64,000 bases of DNA from Moniliella sp. 'wahieum' (GCA_003971905.1 RSEE01000007.1:682001-746000); one strand, 5' to 3'; shown: positions 1-13,956, counted from the stretch's first letter. Numbers and translations are program-made. The notes: a model not told the origin generated them from the sequence alone.

Positions 1-1681
1 AACCTGCCAGCTGCGCCCCGTCGACCTTACATTGTGGTGAGCTACGACAAGAATGAGTATGTCGGCCATGAAGAGTTGTGTCCCACACACACTGGACCAG
101 GCTCCGATTTGGCCTCTGCCTCGGCCGTTGCCCAGTCCAACCCAATGTGGAACGATGAGGTGGTGTTTGATGTGACGTCCGCCGGCCCCAAAGTTCTTGT
201 TTCGGTTTACGACCGCTCTGCCGACGATGATGGCTTTCTGGGCATGCGCGACATTACCCCACTGTTGCAGGACCAGCATACCAGCGAGCAGTGGTATCCT
301 CTGATCGGCCGAAAGTATGCGTCCGAGGGCGGGCCGTGCCCAGTGGAAATGCTTTGGAAGAGCGGGGCGAGATCCTGGTCAAGCTTCGATACGACCGCCG
401 TCCGCGCCGCAAACTCACCGTGCGCGATTTTGAGATGATCAAATGGATCGGAAAGGGCACGTTTGGGCGTGTCTTTCAAGTTCGCAAAAAGGACACACGG
501 CGCATCTACGCAATGAAGGTGCTGAGCAAGCGGGACATTGTAATGAGGAAGGAAGTTGTGCACACCATGGGTGAACGCAAGATCCTGGAACAATCCCTGT
601 CATGCCCTTTCTTAGTCGGCCTTAAATTCTCCTTTCAGTCTTCCACGGAGTTGTTTCTGGTAACGGACTACAAGTCAGGGGGCGAGCTGTTCTGGCATCT
701 TCAGCGTGAGGGTCGCTTTACAGAGGAACGCGCCAAGTTCTACATTGCCGAGCTCGTCCTTGCTTTGGAGCATCTACACAAATACGACATTGTCTATCGT
801 GACCTCAAGCCCGAAAACATTCTCCTCGATGCAACAGGTCATGTTGCGCTCTGTGATTTTGGTCTATCCAAACCCGACCTGGGCAACGGACAGCGCACCA
901 ACACGTTTTGTGGCACCCCCGAATTTCTTGCACCCGAGGTACTGCTCGACGAGGCAGGGTATTCCAAGATGATCGACTGGAGCTTGGGCGTGTACGTGGT
1001 TTTTGTCCCTTCCGCTGACATGCTTGGGCACGCGGTCTGACTTGGATTTCTTGGATAGTTTGCTTTTTGAGATGTGCTGCGGCTGGTCTCCCTTTTTTGC
1101 CGAAGACACCCAGCAAATGTACCGAAACATCTGCTTTGCTAAGATCAAGTTCCCACGGGGGCGATCGGGGATGATGGCAAGCAGTTTGTCAAGGAGCTTC
1201 TCAACCGCAACCCCAAACATCGTCTCGGATACTTGAACGATGCTCTCGACCTCAAGCGACACCCCTTCTTTTCCAACCTGGACTGGGACTTGCTCGCAAC
1301 CAAAAAGATCCCGCCGCCCTTCAAGCCGCTTGTCGAATCGGAGGAGTCGGTGGTCAACTTTGATCCTGAGTTTACCGCCACCGATTTGCGCTCGGTGGTG
1401 CACGACATGGAGGGGATCGATTTGGCAGAGGATGCTCAAGTCGGCCATGACCATGGAAATGAGGAGGATGACGATGCTTCTCTTCGGCACTGCAGCGTCG
1501 GTTTTCAGGCTTCTCCTATTCAGGTAAGGACGATGGTACACCCGTCGGTGGCAGGTCCCGCCGTGGATCGGCTTTCACTTCATCCCTTGCCTTTGGGGGG
1601 GGCATGTTGTTTATGACTCCTCTCCCAGCCGAGGAACCGGCGCCTTCATTACAAGATCCTGTGGTTGGACCACAAGCCTGA
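1..1681 (+). CDS. SCH9: Sch9/Sck1-like AGC Ser/Thr kinase (C2 + kinase + AGC tail), 5'-truncated by the window edge, frameshifted
   Basis: C2-like NPMWNDEVVFDV..DGFLG, then GKGTFGRVFQVRKKDTRRIYAMKVLSK, YRDLKPENILLDATGHVALCDFGLSK and TNTFCGTPEFLAPE. Intron ~992-1038. Tail PPFKPLVESEESVVNFDPEFT with hydrophobic motif FSGFSY (frame from 1502) running to TGA at 1679-1681. Confidence 0.9.
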
Positions 1682-2318
1682 GTTCCTTCCCCGCAGCGTG
1701 ATCAACCTCATCATGCCTTCATACTACTCTATACCGACAATATGTAAGCGCATTTCGTTCTCCGTTATTCTCAGGGGCCACCCATATGCTATTGTTTCTA
1801 TACTCTTGCCCCTGCATTGCTTTCCTCCCCTTGGTTTCCTTACATGGGTTTCCTGTACTGAAGCCCACTCTCCATTGAGAGTGTAAAAGGGCAAATCAGA
1901 CAACCTCACTCTTCTTATTATGACCAATACACACACTGAATAACTCTTCTTCCCATGGGATCGGTTGACATATACATTCGTCACATGAAGAATGCGATGT
2001 TGGGAGTTTTGGCCACGGGAGATCGGCAGAAAAGGAAGTCCCGCACCAAGTCGCCCCCTTCTGTCGCTCCACACCGCATCCTCTACTCTACTTCAGCGCC
2101 CTTCCAAGCGTCCTGGAAGTGTGCTGTTGGCCTACTGGTGCAACAACCGCAGCGAGAAGGAGGCCGCAGGCCAGGATGCGCGTTTCAGGATTGCCCCCTT
2201 GCCCTGAATTGGCACCGGCTGATGTTCTTGGACTGCCACTTGGTTCCAAGATACACGAACATGACTCCGGTCTGGCACAAGCAGTAACATGATTATAGGT
2301 AGCAAGCATAACCGCGCT

Positions 2319-4054
2319 TCAGACCGAACCGACAATCAAGAGTTCCAGCACAATGCGGCCCACTGGGCTCCAGGGCGCCCAATCTGGCACCTCGTTGATC
2401 TCGGCACGGACGGATCGGTTGGTGGTGCAGAGAGAGGGAGAGACGGTGAAGCTGTAGAGGAAGGCAAGGCCGAGTGGGGATTCACCTTTCGTGCAGCCGC
2501 CTGCCGAGCACGCAGGGCCGACGTCCAGGTCACCTGTTCGCTGGAGACCTCACTGGCCTCTCCTCGCGCTGCCGGCATGCCGGCTACCACGGCGGCCACG
2601 CGGAAGAGACGCTGCTCAAGCTTGTGCAACGCCGCACTCTTGCCTGGTTGCAAGAACGAGGTGTCCACATCTGCATCTTCCTTCTCATCGCCCACATCCA
2701 CTCCGCTCGCGCTCGCTCCCACTCCGTTCGGTGCACCAGCATTCGCCCCTGCTCGAGCTCGGGCTCGGAAGGGTGCCGCGTCCGGGGCTTGGTGGGCGGT
2801 AACCCGAGTAACTGCAACCGGCTCCACCCGCCCGGAAGAGGGGTCGTTGGTTGGGTCGGCAGGGAAAGCGGGTGCCATGAAGCTGACATAGGCCTCGGGC
2901 GCGGGTGGGAGCGTAAGATGAACGACCCACGTGCCCCATCCCTCTTGACCAGTTGGTGGGCAGCGTTCCAGGTGTAAGCGGAACGGTCGGTCTCGCTTGC
3001 CCGGTGGGGTGGCAGACGGGAAAGTCGCAATCAGCCATGTTTGCAGCGCTGCCAGATATTGCTCGGCGCTTTGGCGTGTATACGGCGCGAAGGGTTCTGA
3101 CCCAAGACGGGAAACCACTTCAGTTGGCAACATGGCATGTCGAACCGATTCGGTAGCCCCATCCGGGGGTTCTGTGTCGCACACAGTAAGTTAGAAATGG
3201 GTCGAGGGGAAGCAAGACGGGACTTACTGAACAGAAGCCAGGGCGGGGGTAGACCGAGCCTGTGTGGCCAGGCGTTCAGCCTGGGGAGCAGCCACACCAA
3301 GGCGCAGACGTTTGCGCACATGATCGTTTCGAGCCCGCATTGCGCGAAGGGAATGTTGCCCTTGAAGAAGACGCACCACCAATGCCAAGGGAGAAGGGCT
3401 GGGCTCTACCGCCCCGTCGGGGCCCTTGGTAGAAGGCAGGCAGGGAGGTAGCCAATCGAGCGGTACCGCTATAAAGCGATCCATAAGAGACTGTGTTCGC
3501 TGCATCGCAGTCATGTACCGAGTCTCGATGCTGGGCATGCCAAACCCCGAGTAGGCTTGGTTCATCTGGGCAAGAACAGCCATTAGGCGCTTGGAGAGGC
3601 ACCAGCAAATCGGGAAGCTGCTGTACCAATCCGTTGGTGCGGCACCACAGAGGCGAGGCAGAAGTGCCACTAGGACGGGTGGTAGTATTTTGGCTTGCGA
3701 CAGGAGCAGGCGTCTGGGTCGATGGAGGCGGTGGTGGGCGGGGCTGCTGCATCAGAGGTGCATCGTCCGACTCATCCGAGTCAGAATCAGCGCCGCCGAC
3801 AGGTGGGGGCGGTGGCAGCACATTCGTCACCTTGTTCACCTCGGTAGAAGAAGATTCGGGCTGGAGGGAAAGGGGATCGAGCCATCCGGATGTGGAAGTG
3901 GCGGGTCCGATGGAGCTGTCGAGCATTTGGAGCAGGGTCTGCAACTGGCTGATGGACTGCCGTAGCTCAGCCGCTGTGGGAGGGCGTGGAGGCACGGTGC
4001 CCTCGCCATTTAGAATTGGCAGCGAGTCTATGCCCCCGACACTGTCCGCTTCAT
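2319..4054 (-). CDS. Hypothetical protein, joined across frameshifts and one intron
   Basis: Collinear ORFs 3276-3995, 3224-3670 and 2336-3184. Intron GTAAGT..CTAAC..ACAG ~3227-3172. ATG at 4054 in CACCATG context joins if one G is restored in a G-run. No family recognised; 3' end uncertain. Confidence 0.55.
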
Positions 4055-4808
4055 GGTGCGCGCGGCGTTGGAGATGGTGATGGAGACGGAGGCAAGACGG
4101 AGTTGGCGCTGGGGGGGCGATGGTTGATGGAGGCGACGACTGCCAGAAGACACTTGTCCGAGAGGGCGGCTATGTCACATTTCATTGTTGCATTTTGGAT
4201 CTGGCCGAGCGAGGCGGTGATCGGTGATCGGTGATCGATAATCGATAATTCGATAATCGATAATCATGAATCACGCGCACGCGTCGTGAGGCACTTGGTA
4301 TTCCCATGGAGAAGAGAGGGTTTATTAACCTCTGTTGGTCTTGTTGCGCATAACTTCTTTCATTGACCACTTTCTTCCCTTTCACGGACTGTTGTTTTCG
4401 ATACTGTGAGAGCTCCGTGCAGCATGCATGCCCATTGCTTAGGAACTCAGCAAACTCCCCTTTTGGCCCCTCAACCTATTGGAATCTCTTTCGACAAAAG
4501 AATTCTCATATGATGTGTCCGCGTTTGTATAACTTTTTTACCACTACACCTCGTCCACTTGCCCGAGCAGTTTGGGCACTTATGTCAAACGTTGGACCCA
4601 GTCTAGCCTAGAACTTGCATGGATGATCCATAACAAGACGGCCATGCTCTATAGAGGAAGAAACTGGGCAACGAACCGCGGAAGCGACGTTGTTTACTAG
4701 CCATTTCTTGTGGAGCTCATTCCTTTTGTGCTAAACAAAGAACCGCTAGCTCATTTAGCCATGCACTAACAAGTGAATCAAGTCTCACGTTGACATGCCA
4801 TAGGGGGA

Positions 4809-4882
4809 GAGAAGGAATAATAAATGGGAGAATGTAGACTGAGTGAGAAGGAATAATGAATGGGAGTATGTAGACTGTGAGT
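4809..4882 (+). repeat. Two imperfect tandem copies of a ~36-bp unit (GAGAAGGAATAATAAATGGGAGAATGTAGACTGAGT)
   Basis: Direct reading; lies in an AT-richer intergenic stretch. Confidence 0.85.
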
Positions 4883-5618
4883 GAGATGCCATCCAGGCGA
4901 ACCACAATCATCCTTCTGCCAACCATCTCCACCATGACCATTCCAAGATATCTCCATGTTCCCATATTTACTATCACACCACGCTGATGTCTGCTGCTCG
5001 CGTCAATTAACCACTGACCACGGCTGCAAGCTCTCCGTCGTCGGTGTGGGGCAGCGATAATAACATGTTTTCTCCTCTCGCGTCCGAGTGGTGGAAAGAA
5101 AAGGGAAAATTTGGTTTGCTGCACGTCATTCTCCTCTCTCGCGTTCAGTTTACTTGGGAAAAAAGAAGGAGGAGTTGGCCCAGTATGAATGCGCCAACTT
5201 TTCGTTCACTCGGGGAACCACGGCCTCTGTCCCATCTGATGGGAGGCAGGGCATTGTGGGGATCGATGCCATTATACGGCGTGAAACATTGCGATTGCCT
5301 CTGAGCAGACAGCCCAAAATCCATGATAGGTATCTGCAGCGACCTCGATCCAGCACCAAGGAGAGTGAGGTCAAGCATTGAGGAGATGGAGAGGTGGAGG
5401 AGCTGTGTGCGGGACAAAACAACTGGGACTGGCTGGCGGGTGTGATGTGGTGGAAACTGGCCGGACAAAATAAAACCTGAAACCGAGGTCACTTTAAGTA
5501 CGCACAAAACATTGAAACTGGGGTCGGCGGAATTCGAGCGGAACCGCCTTGTTCTTCGGATCGTTGGCCATAGGTTGCTGGCCCCGTCCTACGCTTCGGA
5601 CCGACCGCCATCATCATC

Positions 5619-6230
5619 ATGTCACTGTCCTGGGTGAGTCAGGCGCTGGCCCGGGGGAAGGTGTGCGTCAAGTGGACGGGCTCCACCGTGTCGGTTGCCC
5701 TCCGCTTGCCTGCCCTTCCGCCCGCTCTGCCACCTCGGGGCCTGACACCTGCCGTGGCTGCGCCGGGCTGTGACCACCTCCACCACGCCACTCCTGCGCC
5801 TGAGGAGGATGCATTGAAGTGGGATGGGTTGTTGAAGGGTGTCCAGAAGCAAAAGAACTCACACAAAATGACCGTACCCGCAATTCAGCCAATTCGAAGC
5901 TGTACCCCACTGTTGGTACGTCCCTTCGGTCGGCCTTGGGGTGAAAGGGTCGTTGCAGATAGCTGACCAGATGTCTCTTTTCCATCCAGCCCTGGTACAC
6001 TGCCCTGGATGTGGCAAGCCAAAGCGCATGCATCACCTGTGCGAGTACTGCTTCAGCCAGATCAATCGGTGCAAAAGCTCGAGTTTGGTCGGTCGAACAA
6101 GGAGCGGGATGTGTTGCTGCAGCAAATCAACAACCTCCCCATTGAGCCGGCCACGGGGAAGCCGCAGCTGGCCTCCCAAAAGCAGGACAAGATTGAGCCC
6201 CCCAAGGCCACACCATCACAGAATCAGTAG
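5619..6230 (+). CDS. MRPL32: Mitochondrial ribosomal protein bL32m
   Basis: N-terminal presequence, then DGLLKGVQKQKNSHK and CPGCGKPKRMHHLCEYC (L32 zinc motif). Intron GTACGT..GCTGAC..CAG ~5916-5989. Confidence 0.8.
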
Positions 6231-6535
6231 TATCCAGGATGTGCATGATTTTTGACACAGCCTAGCTGCAACTGCAGTTACAATTATACCGGCCGAAGGC
6301 CAGAGATGGGTCGCAAGGGTTGTAGAAGCGAGTGCTCCCAGACGACGCTGCCCTCTTTACCCAGCACCACACGTTGAACCGGTGCAAGTTGCACAATTTC
6401 AATTCTGTCTTTTTTTTTCTGCGGCGGCGCTTGACAGGCCGGGAGTTTTCGACAGCTGCGCCCGCTCGTCTTCCCATCGTCTGCGCCACCGCCGCCACCA
6501 CCACCACCAGCCCCACCAGCCCCACCGCCGCCCAT

Positions 6536-8262
6536 ATGGACTACGTCGTGCCCGAGCGTTCGGCCGGCATGGTACTCTGTGCCGACTGCGGAGTGCCCAT
6601 CACGCCCAACAGTGCCAACCTGTGCTGACCTGCGCGGAACTCGATCGACATTACCGATGGCATTCCTAAGCAGGCCACTGTCAACTTTTGCCGCAACTGT
6701 GAGCGGTACCTGAACCCGCCAGCCCAGTGGGTTCAGGCCCGCTCGAGTCGCGGGAGCTTTTGGCGATCTGTCTCAAGAAGCTCAAGGGTCTCAACAAGGT
6801 CCGCCTGATTGATGCTGGCTTTATCTGGACTGAACCCCATTCCAAGCGGCTGCGGGTCAAATTGACGGTGCAAAAGGAGGTCTTGACCAATACCGTGCTC
6901 CAGCAGATTTTCGAGGTCGTCTTTGTGGTTCAGTATGGCCAGTGCCCCGACTGTACCCGGTTGGCAGCCAAGAACACCTGGAAAGCGATGGTGCAGCTGC
7001 GGCAAAAGGTGCCGCACAAACGCACCTTTTTGTATCTCGAACAACTCATTCTCAGCAACAATGCGCATCGCGACACTGTTTCCATCCGGGAGGCTAAGGA
7101 TGGCCTCGATTTCTTTTATGTCCAGAGGGGCCATGCACTGCGGATGTGCGACTTTCTTTCGACGGTGGTGCCGATTCGGGTGAGCAAGTCGGAAGAGCTG
7201 GTGTCGACGGATGTGCACACGAGCCATAGCAAGCAACAAATTTACTACTCGGTCGAGATTGCACCGATTTGCAAGGATGACCTGATTGTTCTTCCGCGCC
7301 CGATGGCCAAAAGCTTGGGCAACATTGGCCAGATTGTGGTCTGCTCCCGCATCACCAATTCCATCCGCCTCTTGGACCCGACGACGCTCCAAAGCGTCGA
7401 TGTACCTGCGGAAAAGTACTGGAAGGATCCGTTTCAGAGCCTGCCTCCATCCCTGAGCTTGTCGAGTTCCTCGTACTGGACATTGAGACGAACACTCAGG
7501 CCAATTATGCCGCGGCCCATCGGATTGGAGGGCCACAACTCCAATGATGCCAAGTGGGTCGAAGCCGATGCCCAAGTGAGCCCAATGAATGCCACTTCGT
7601 TTGGGGAAGCGGATGCTGTCTATCACACCCGTACCCATCTCGGCCGTCTGTTGGCCGCTGGCGACCAGGCCATGGGCTATCACCTCGCGTCGCCAACTTT
7701 AACAACAGTGCGTGGGACACTGTGCCGGCGGAGCGCGTGCCGGACACCGTTTGGTGCGCAAGTCGTACCCGGATAGCAAAAAGCGCCGCAACCGGCGTAT
7801 GTGGAAGCTCAAGTCAATCGCCAAGGAGGCCGGGCCGGACGACGACACCAAGAACCTCCTCCCGGTGCGTCGGCAGTGAACCGGGACCTGGGCGCAGATG
7901 GCGGCAAGGGTGCGATTGGTCGTCGGGGTGGCTTGGATGGCCAACGGGTGCAGCGCGACTACGAAATGTTCCTTGCCCAATTGGAGGAGGACGAGGAGAT
8001 GCGGGCCAATGTCAACATTTACCGTGACACTGCTAAGGAACAAGCACGGGAGGAGCGCAAGCGTGCGATCCGCGAGGCTCGCCAACGGGAACTGCTCGAT
8101 GCCATGGACATGGACGATGGTCCTGCGGTGCACCCTGAAGAGGACGAAGGGATCAATACCGATGGTGAGTCTGAATGGGGTGATGACGATGTGCCTACCA
8201 TTCCTCTCGACGACTTGCTGGACGAGATGGACGAGATGCACATGGACCACGAAGACGAGTAG
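6536..8262 (+). CDS. NMD3: 60S ribosomal subunit export adaptor Nmd3
   Basis: VLCADCGVPITPNSANLC, ESRELLAICLKKLKGLNKVRLIDAGFIWTEPHSKRLRVKLTVQKEV, QLRQKVPHKRTFLYLEQLIL, DYEMFLAQLEEDEEMRANVNIY and a C-terminal NES-like IPLDDLLDEM. Confidence 0.95.
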
Positions 8263-8340
8263 CCTGGCCCAATTCACCTCTTCCCTCCCTTTGCACTATG
8301 TACTCCACCATGCATGCTTCCTCTTGAATATCTGACCCAT

Positions 8341-9315
8341 TTAATTGGATCGAGAGATAAAGAACCACTTGTCTACCGAAGGGTCGATGGGGGCGGGAGG
8401 TTGAGCGCTAGCAGCTGGAACTGGGACGTCGGAAGTGAACCCCTTGGTCCCTTCCAAGGTCACATTGACAATCGAGGTCTTGCCTGCGTCGGCCTTGCCC
8501 TTCACGAGACGGTCCCAAGCCTGGTGGCACTCGCGCACAATCTCGCTGGCATACTTGCGATCCTTGGCCTGCCCCGAGAAGGCAAACTGGTTCTCAGGCT
8601 TGCCGTCGGGAACCTTGTAGATGCGGAACCAGTCGGTAGTGGCGTGAGCAGGCCAGGGAGGTGCGTCTCGACGTCCTGAATATCGTTGAGCTGAGGCGCA
8701 AGCGGATCGTTGACGTCAATCACAATCACTTTCCAGTCGGTCTCACCCTCATCCAGTAGAGCCATCACACCCAGCACCTTGACCTGCTTGACCTGGCCCG
8801 TGTACCCCACCTCTTGGCCAATTTCGCACACGTCCACAGGATCATTGTCGCCCTTGGCGAGGTGTCGGGATGGACGTGGTCGGGGTCCTCAAACGTTTGC
8901 GGAAGCGCGTAGTTCCAAATATACCCCTTGTGCGGGAAGCAGTTTCTTACGTAGCGCAGCGTGCCCTTTTGGTGTCTTGGAGGATGGGGTTGAGCCGCTC
9001 GGATTTGCTGATCTCCTGCTTGGCGTTGGACCAACGCGGGATTTCTACCACCATGTTCAAGATAGACTGGCTGGCATTGGCATAGAGGGGGATGTCGTGG
9101 AAGGGGGAGACGGGCTTGCCGTTGTGGGTCACGAAGCGGTAGTCTGGGGTACACGGGTCAGATCAGGTTGGGGGGCAGGCAAGCAGGAGGGCGGACGTAC
9201 CCAGTGTGTTTGCGGCGCCCAGCTGACGGATGGCGTATTGGGAGGGGCAAGCCGCGGTAGACAAGTGGCGGGCAGTGGAGGAGAGGCGGTGGACCGCGCG
9301 GGCGAGGTGGGCCAT
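8341..9315 (-). CDS. IPP1: Family I inorganic pyrophosphatase with a mitochondrial-presequence-like N-terminus
   Basis: [70 protein letters not shown] and SVDKWFFI. One intron ~9200-9146. Confidence 0.93.
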
Positions 9316-10105
9316 GGCGGAGGAGGAGGGGGGGGGGTGAGGTTAGAAGGACGACCTGCGGAAGCCAGGCCAAGTCAAGCCAAGCCAAGCCAATTAGCTA
9401 GTCCGACCGGGGAAAATAGAATTCTTCCGGAGGGGCAGCCGGGAGGATGCTCGATGCCAACCCAACGGCCAAACGGAGGAACCCTAGCGCGGCGGCACGG
9501 GATGACATAAGCAAACTGGGAAAGGACAAGAAGGGCGGGGAGTTAGGGTTGGGCAGGTTTGCACCTGAGAGAGCGGCGCGATGGACAGCATGAGCGTTCA
9601 AGTGGGCGTTGGATGTGCTGCGCTGGGGTGCGCTGCACGGCGGCAGCCCGGCGGCGGGCAGAGGCGCCGTGGGGCGTGGGGCGGCTGCCGGCACGGTTTG
9701 AAGCACGCCGCGAACACGCACGGCGCCAGTGTGGGCGCCGGTGTGCCCCGCAGTGCGCAGGTGCCCGAGGCGGCGCGGTGCCCGCCGGTGCTGGGCGCTG
9801 GCGGCTGTCCGAGACAGACATCCCCGCCGGCGTGGCCGAGCTCGGGGGCGGCGGGGCGGCGAGGTGGCGGCGAGGCAGCTGCGCCGGCAGCACATGGCAT
9901 GCGTAATGCATAATGCAAATGCAAATGCAGGTGCACTGCAGAGCACCAGCTACACAGTTCCTGGCTGCCTGCCTGTCTGCCGTCTGCCGTCTGCCTGGCT
10001 CGAGCACAGCACACAACACTACTCAGCGCTCCCAGCCTCCACCAGCTCCCCGGCCCCCTTTCTTCTCTTCCTCGTCCCCCACCCTCCCCTCCCCACCGCC
10101 CCGCC

Positions 10106-11345
10106 ATGGTCTTTGCCTCTGTGCTCCGTGCTGCCCCGCGTGCTGCCTGCGTGGCCACACGCTCTGCGCCGCGCGCAGCTGCCTCTGCTGCCTCTGCCCT
10201 TGCCCTCGCCCGCGAGGCCACCCGCCTCACCGCCCTCGTCACCCCCGCAGCTCCGCAACGCCTCTGGCAGCGGCGATGCCCCCAAGGAGCTCACCGTGCG
10301 CGATGCCCTCAACAGCGCCATGGAGGAGGAGATGCTGCGCGACGAAAAGGTGTTTATCCTCGGCGAGGAGGTGGCCGAATACAATGGCGCCTACAAGGTC
10401 ACCCGTGGTCTGTTGGACAAGTTTGGGCCCAAGCGGGTCATCGACTCGCCCATCACCGAGGCCGGCTTTAGCGGTTTGGTCGTGGGTGCGGCCTTGTCGG
10501 GCCTCAAGCCGATTTGCGAGTTTATGACCTTCAAGTGAGTCCTGTGTTCCGTAGCGTGCACGCGCCCGAGCGAACCGAAACTGACTCGAGCCGGTGCGGT
10601 AGCTTTGCCATGCAGGGCATTGACCAGATCATCAACTCGGGTGCCAAGGTCCACTACATGAGTGGTGGCGTGGCTACCTGCCCAATTGTTTTCCGTGGCC
10701 CCAATGGCGCGGCGGCCGGTGTGGCTGCCCAGCACTCGCAGGACTACTCGAGCTGGTACGGCCAGATCCCGGGTCTCAAGGTCCTTTCGCCCTATGACGC
10801 CGAGGATGCACGTGGTCTCCTCAAGGCCGCCGTGCGCGACCCCAACCCGGTCGTGTTCCTTGAGAACGAGATCCTGTATGGTCATTCCTTCCCTGTTACG
10901 CCAGAGATCCTGTCGGACGACTTTGTGCTGCCCATTGGCAAGGCTAAGATCATGCGCCCCGGTAAGGATGTCACCTTGTCACCCACACCATCAACGTCGG
11001 CCACGCGCTTGAGGCCGCTGAGCAGCTCAAGAAGGAAGAAGGCATTGAGGCTGAGGTGATCAACCTGCGTTCCATCCGCCCCTTGGACATTGACACGATC
11101 ATTGCGTCGATTAAGAAGACCAACCACCTGGTCACGATCGAGTCTGGCTTCCCTGCGTTTGGGGTGGGCTCGGAGATCTGCGCCCAGATCATGGAGAGCG
11201 AGGGCTTTGACTACCTCGACGCGCCTGTGGAGCGTGTGACGGGTGCCGATGTGCCCACGCCCACGCTATCAACCTCGAGGCTGCTGCTTTCCCCTCGACC
11301 GATTCGGTCGTCACGGCTGCCCGGCACGTTTTGTACCGCGCCTAA
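10106..11345 (+). CDS. PDB1: Pyruvate dehydrogenase E1 beta subunit, mitochondrial
   Basis: [56 protein letters not shown] and [17 protein letters not shown]. Intron ~10536-10602. Confidence 0.96.
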
Positions 11346-11835
11346 GTAGCCCTTTCTTCTGATGCTTCTAGCTTCATTTGCTCTCGTTGTTATCACGAAC
11401 AAATAGTACCCCCATCCTTGGCGACCCTTTGTCGGAAGTGGTCAAAATAGTACTAGGAAACCCCCTTTGCTCCACGCAGGCCAGTGCGAGCAAGTACCGC
11501 CCCTCTCCATTGGCAGAAACCTCGAGGGCATAGGAACGAATGACTCTCATGCGATGCTTGATGGGTTCGATGTCATCGACTACCTCTGTGAAACTCAGCC
11601 TCCAGAGGTGAAATGGGTGGGTTATGAGGCCGTCTACTTACGGAGAAGCAAAAGGATCCCATGCCTCCTGATCCGACCGGTCGGGCCGGCGGGTGGCTGG
11701 GTGAAGGCGGATCTCACTCCCCCAGCGGCCCTGTACGCATCTACCTTGATTCTGCATCGGACCTATTTCTGCCTTTGATGTTCCGCCTGTACGTGGAATG
11801 CAACCAAACATGAATTGTCCTGGCCTCGCAGCCGG

Positions 11836-13595
11836 TCACAGCCAGTCGTCATCCGATTCGTCCATATCAGCATCGGCAATCTCGTTGGCCAACTCTCTCT
11901 CGCGTTCGCGCGCCGAGGCTGCCTTGGCCAACTCGGCCTTGTGGTGGTTGAGAGGGTAGCGCATCGCTTTGAGCGACTCGTTGTGCAACTGGAGCGTAAA
12001 GGCAATTCGTTGGTTGAATTGGACTTGGGGCTCAGACGTGGTATAAATGTCGACTTTTTCCCTCGATTCCATATACCCTTCCTCGTGGTGCACTTTGGCC
12101 TCAATCACGCCATCGCGGATCGCCTTGGCAATAATGTACTCGGCATCCTCCTCGCTTTCCAGAGCCAACTTGCGCGTCACGTCCTTCAGCGAAATCTGGC
12201 TGTACGCCAAGGAAATCATGCGGATGCCTGTCTTGATGACATTGTGCCGCAGGCGAATGATGAGGGACAATGTCTTGTCCGCTTTGAACAGCGATTCGTA
12301 CCGTGACAAGGCTGCTTGGAAAACGGAGAGATCGCCAATCCGTACCGCTTGCACAATCTCCAGGTAGGGAGCGAGCGGCTTCTTGAGTGCGTCGATACGG
12401 AAGATGGTGCGGTCGGGAATGTCGCCCATCAAGAGTTCAACAACGACAAAAAGTTTGTACGCCGATTGAAGGAAACCGGCGGCACTCTGGTATGCTGGAC
12501 CCGTGCCAGGCGTGGCACCAGCGGGTGTGACAGCCGGTTGAGGAGCGCGGCGAATCGCACTTTGCAAATGCTCATGCGCTTCGGTATAGTTGAGCTGCAC
12601 CGCACGAATCCGACCAACGTAGTACTCAAACCGCGCAATCTGCCCATTGGATACTTGAAGTCGCGGGAAGGGCGCGCGGGATACGAGCTTGTCCGCCTGA
12701 TCGTACAAGTTGGATTCAACCAAGTAGTAGCGCAGGAGCAAATTGATAATGGTCGCCTGTGTCTCGGCGTCATGGCGCAGCGACGCAGTGCGATGAGCGT
12801 CCAACAAAAAGTCCCTCTCGCCGGCCAAGGCAGAGCCCTTGTGGAGGTGTTGCTTGATCAGCTCCACCGCACGGCCAATGTAGTACACGACCTTGGCGCC
12901 GAGCAGGTCCAGCGAGCGCTGGTTCTTGGCCACAATGCCTGCATACGTCGTTCGGAGCAGCTGCAACGCCTCTTCGTACTTGCGGTAATCCAAAAGATAA
13001 ATGGAAACCAAGAGACTAAAGTATGCCTCCAGTTCCGAAACAGCCTCGGGAATCGGAGAGTAGGGCTGCTCAAAAAACTGCTTCTTGGGCCTCTTTCTTG
13101 GCCTTCTCCTTTGCCTTTTCCTTCTCCTTTTCAGCTTCGATCGTCTTGGGCCCCTTCTCGACAGAAGCGTCATCCGCGGCAGGCTTTTCATCTACTTGCA
13201 TGGCATCCTTCTCAGCCTCGGGCTCCACACGCTTGTGGACGTATGGCTCAGGAAGCACACTCAGGAACTCGGCACGAAGGGGGGACTCTGCACAAAAAGA
13301 CAAGGGTCAGGTTAGTTAGGGGAGCCTAAGCCATCGGCAGTTCTAGCATACCCTTGGAAATGCCTTCCGACACAGCTGTGGCAAGCACGTTCGGCCACAC
13401 ATCAATCCGCTTGCGCGTGTAGGGGATGGTCCGGAGGACGCGGGCCGTGAAGCGGGGTTCGAGGAGAGTGACACTGCGCTCAATCAGGGCCAGGTTTTGG
13501 CGCAGCAGGAAGAGCAGTTCACTCTGCGGCGGCACCTCGGGTGCCTCGGGCGATGCGCTGTCCGCCTTGGGCTCTTCCTTCTTGTCGGGTGCCAT
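11836..13595 (-). CDS. RPN3: 26S proteasome lid subunit Rpn3 (PCI domain)
   Basis: LEPRFTARVLR, YYVGRIRAVQLNYTEAH, VVELLMGDIPDR, RLRHNVIKTGIRMISLAYS, EDAEYIIAKAIRDGVIEA and LHNESLKAMRYP. Intron ~13350-13288. Confidence 0.95.
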
Positions 13596-13956
13596 GGGGG
13601 AGAGAGAGTGGGCGAGGTGGTGGGCGAGGTCCGAGGTAAGCAGCCGGCCTACCCAACTAAGTGCGGCGGGTGTTGCCTCCTGGGCCCGAACGCGTCACTA
13701 CGTCAGCGGAACCACATCAGGCTGGCATTCCGCTCCCGATCACGTGTGGGGCATGTACGCATGATGCAGGCTGGGTCACCGGTCACCGGTCACCGGCCGG
13801 TCATCGATCATCGGCCATGCAATTAGCCAGCCCCAATTGAAACACGCAAACACGGTGCTCCCCAGGCAGCAGCCCCACCCACTTCGTATGAATGTAACAG
13901 AACCATCTCATCCTATCTGACGTATACACGCCGCGCCCGAGAAGGGACGACGTCAC

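Noticed and set aside
4809..4882. 36-bp repeat considered as a CRISPR array
   Set aside because: Directly tandem with no spacers, eukaryotic context, and no cas genes.
9479..9553. Telomere-like AACCCTAG and GTTAGGGTTGGG in the IPP1/PDB1 promoter, considered as a telomerase RNA template or interstitial telomere
   Set aside because: Only 1-2 imperfect units and no supporting structure; at best a telo-box-like site.
12316..13329. Long antisense ORFs (e.g. 12316-13329, 15590-17242, 6733-7683, 51580-52644, 56582-58258)
   Set aside because: Shadows of real genes in GC-rich, codon-biased DNA; no recognisable domains.
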